From positions 3,348,001 through 3,412,000 of the forward strand of contig OZ024762.1 in assembly GCA_964016885.1 (NCBI GenBank): a DNA stretch of 64,000 nt, written 5' to 3'. Origin of the DNA: Eledone cirrhosa. Lineage: Eukaryota. Shown here piece by piece: positions 63,452 through 64,000 of this stretch. Every line of letters begins with the position of its first letter. Position 1 is the stretch's first letter. The translations under genes were made by a program, and so were the position numbers. Below the pieces are notes generated by a model. The model worked only from the letters and a program-made list of their open reading frames with translations. It was not told the DNA's origin and made no database searches.

Positions 63452-64000
63452 TATATACACACATACACAAACATGCATGGATATGTTTATATACATACAC
63501 ACAAACACACACACACACGCAGACATACATATACATAGATACACAAATTATGTCAGACACCACGTATACAGACATAGGCATACACACAGACACACACATA
63601 CACAGATACACATATATATATATACATAAAGTCTGATATTTAATAGTATTATAGTAGAAAAATAATATGCCATGTCGGCATAATATTAATAAGAAAATTT
63701 ATTTGTGGCTGTATTGATACAATAGGAATAATACTGCTAATAATTTTTCTTTTAAAGGGATGTCTTCTGCCATGTTGGCATAATATTATTAAGAATAGTT
63801 TATGATAGCGGTGTGTTGATACAATATGAATTAGAGGAATCAAAGGCTGCGTGTTGTTTTTAGAACACAAGAAGTTGTTAGGCTATTTGTTATGGCTAGA
63901 AATGTAACGTATATTATGTGTGAGAGAAGTGAATGTTTGTTGAGATAGTTGTAAGTCCACGATAACATTTTTACATGTTTTTATTCACAACTAATTACAA

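Overview
Eukaryotic, AT-rich, microsatellite-saturated animal DNA. The repeat repertoire (RTE LINEs with (GAT)n tails, tRNA-derived SINEs, huge (TA)n tracts) suggests an octopod cephalopod; this is an inference. Positions 254-13277 hold the last 11 coding exons of VPS54 (GARP tethering subunit) on the + strand, with GT-AG junctions and continuous phase through to the stop. A probable signal-peptide first exon of a second, unidentified gene lies at 56800-56863 (+). The rest is mostly RTE, Tx1 and CRE LINE fragments, SINEs, MITEs and minisatellites, many expanded from inside those elements. Most long ORFs in the track are microsatellite artefacts. The most interesting signal is non-coding. There are nine type-I hammerhead ribozyme (HHR)-like motifs, intact or decayed, in small elements sitting mostly in (TA)n tracts. 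One ~430-nt family occurs as a terminally redundant copy and as a circularly permuted unit-length copy (retrozyme-like). It shares an upstream octamer plus TATA-like palindrome module with a diverged HHR element in the last VPS54 intron. All structures were folded by eye; none was computed or tested.
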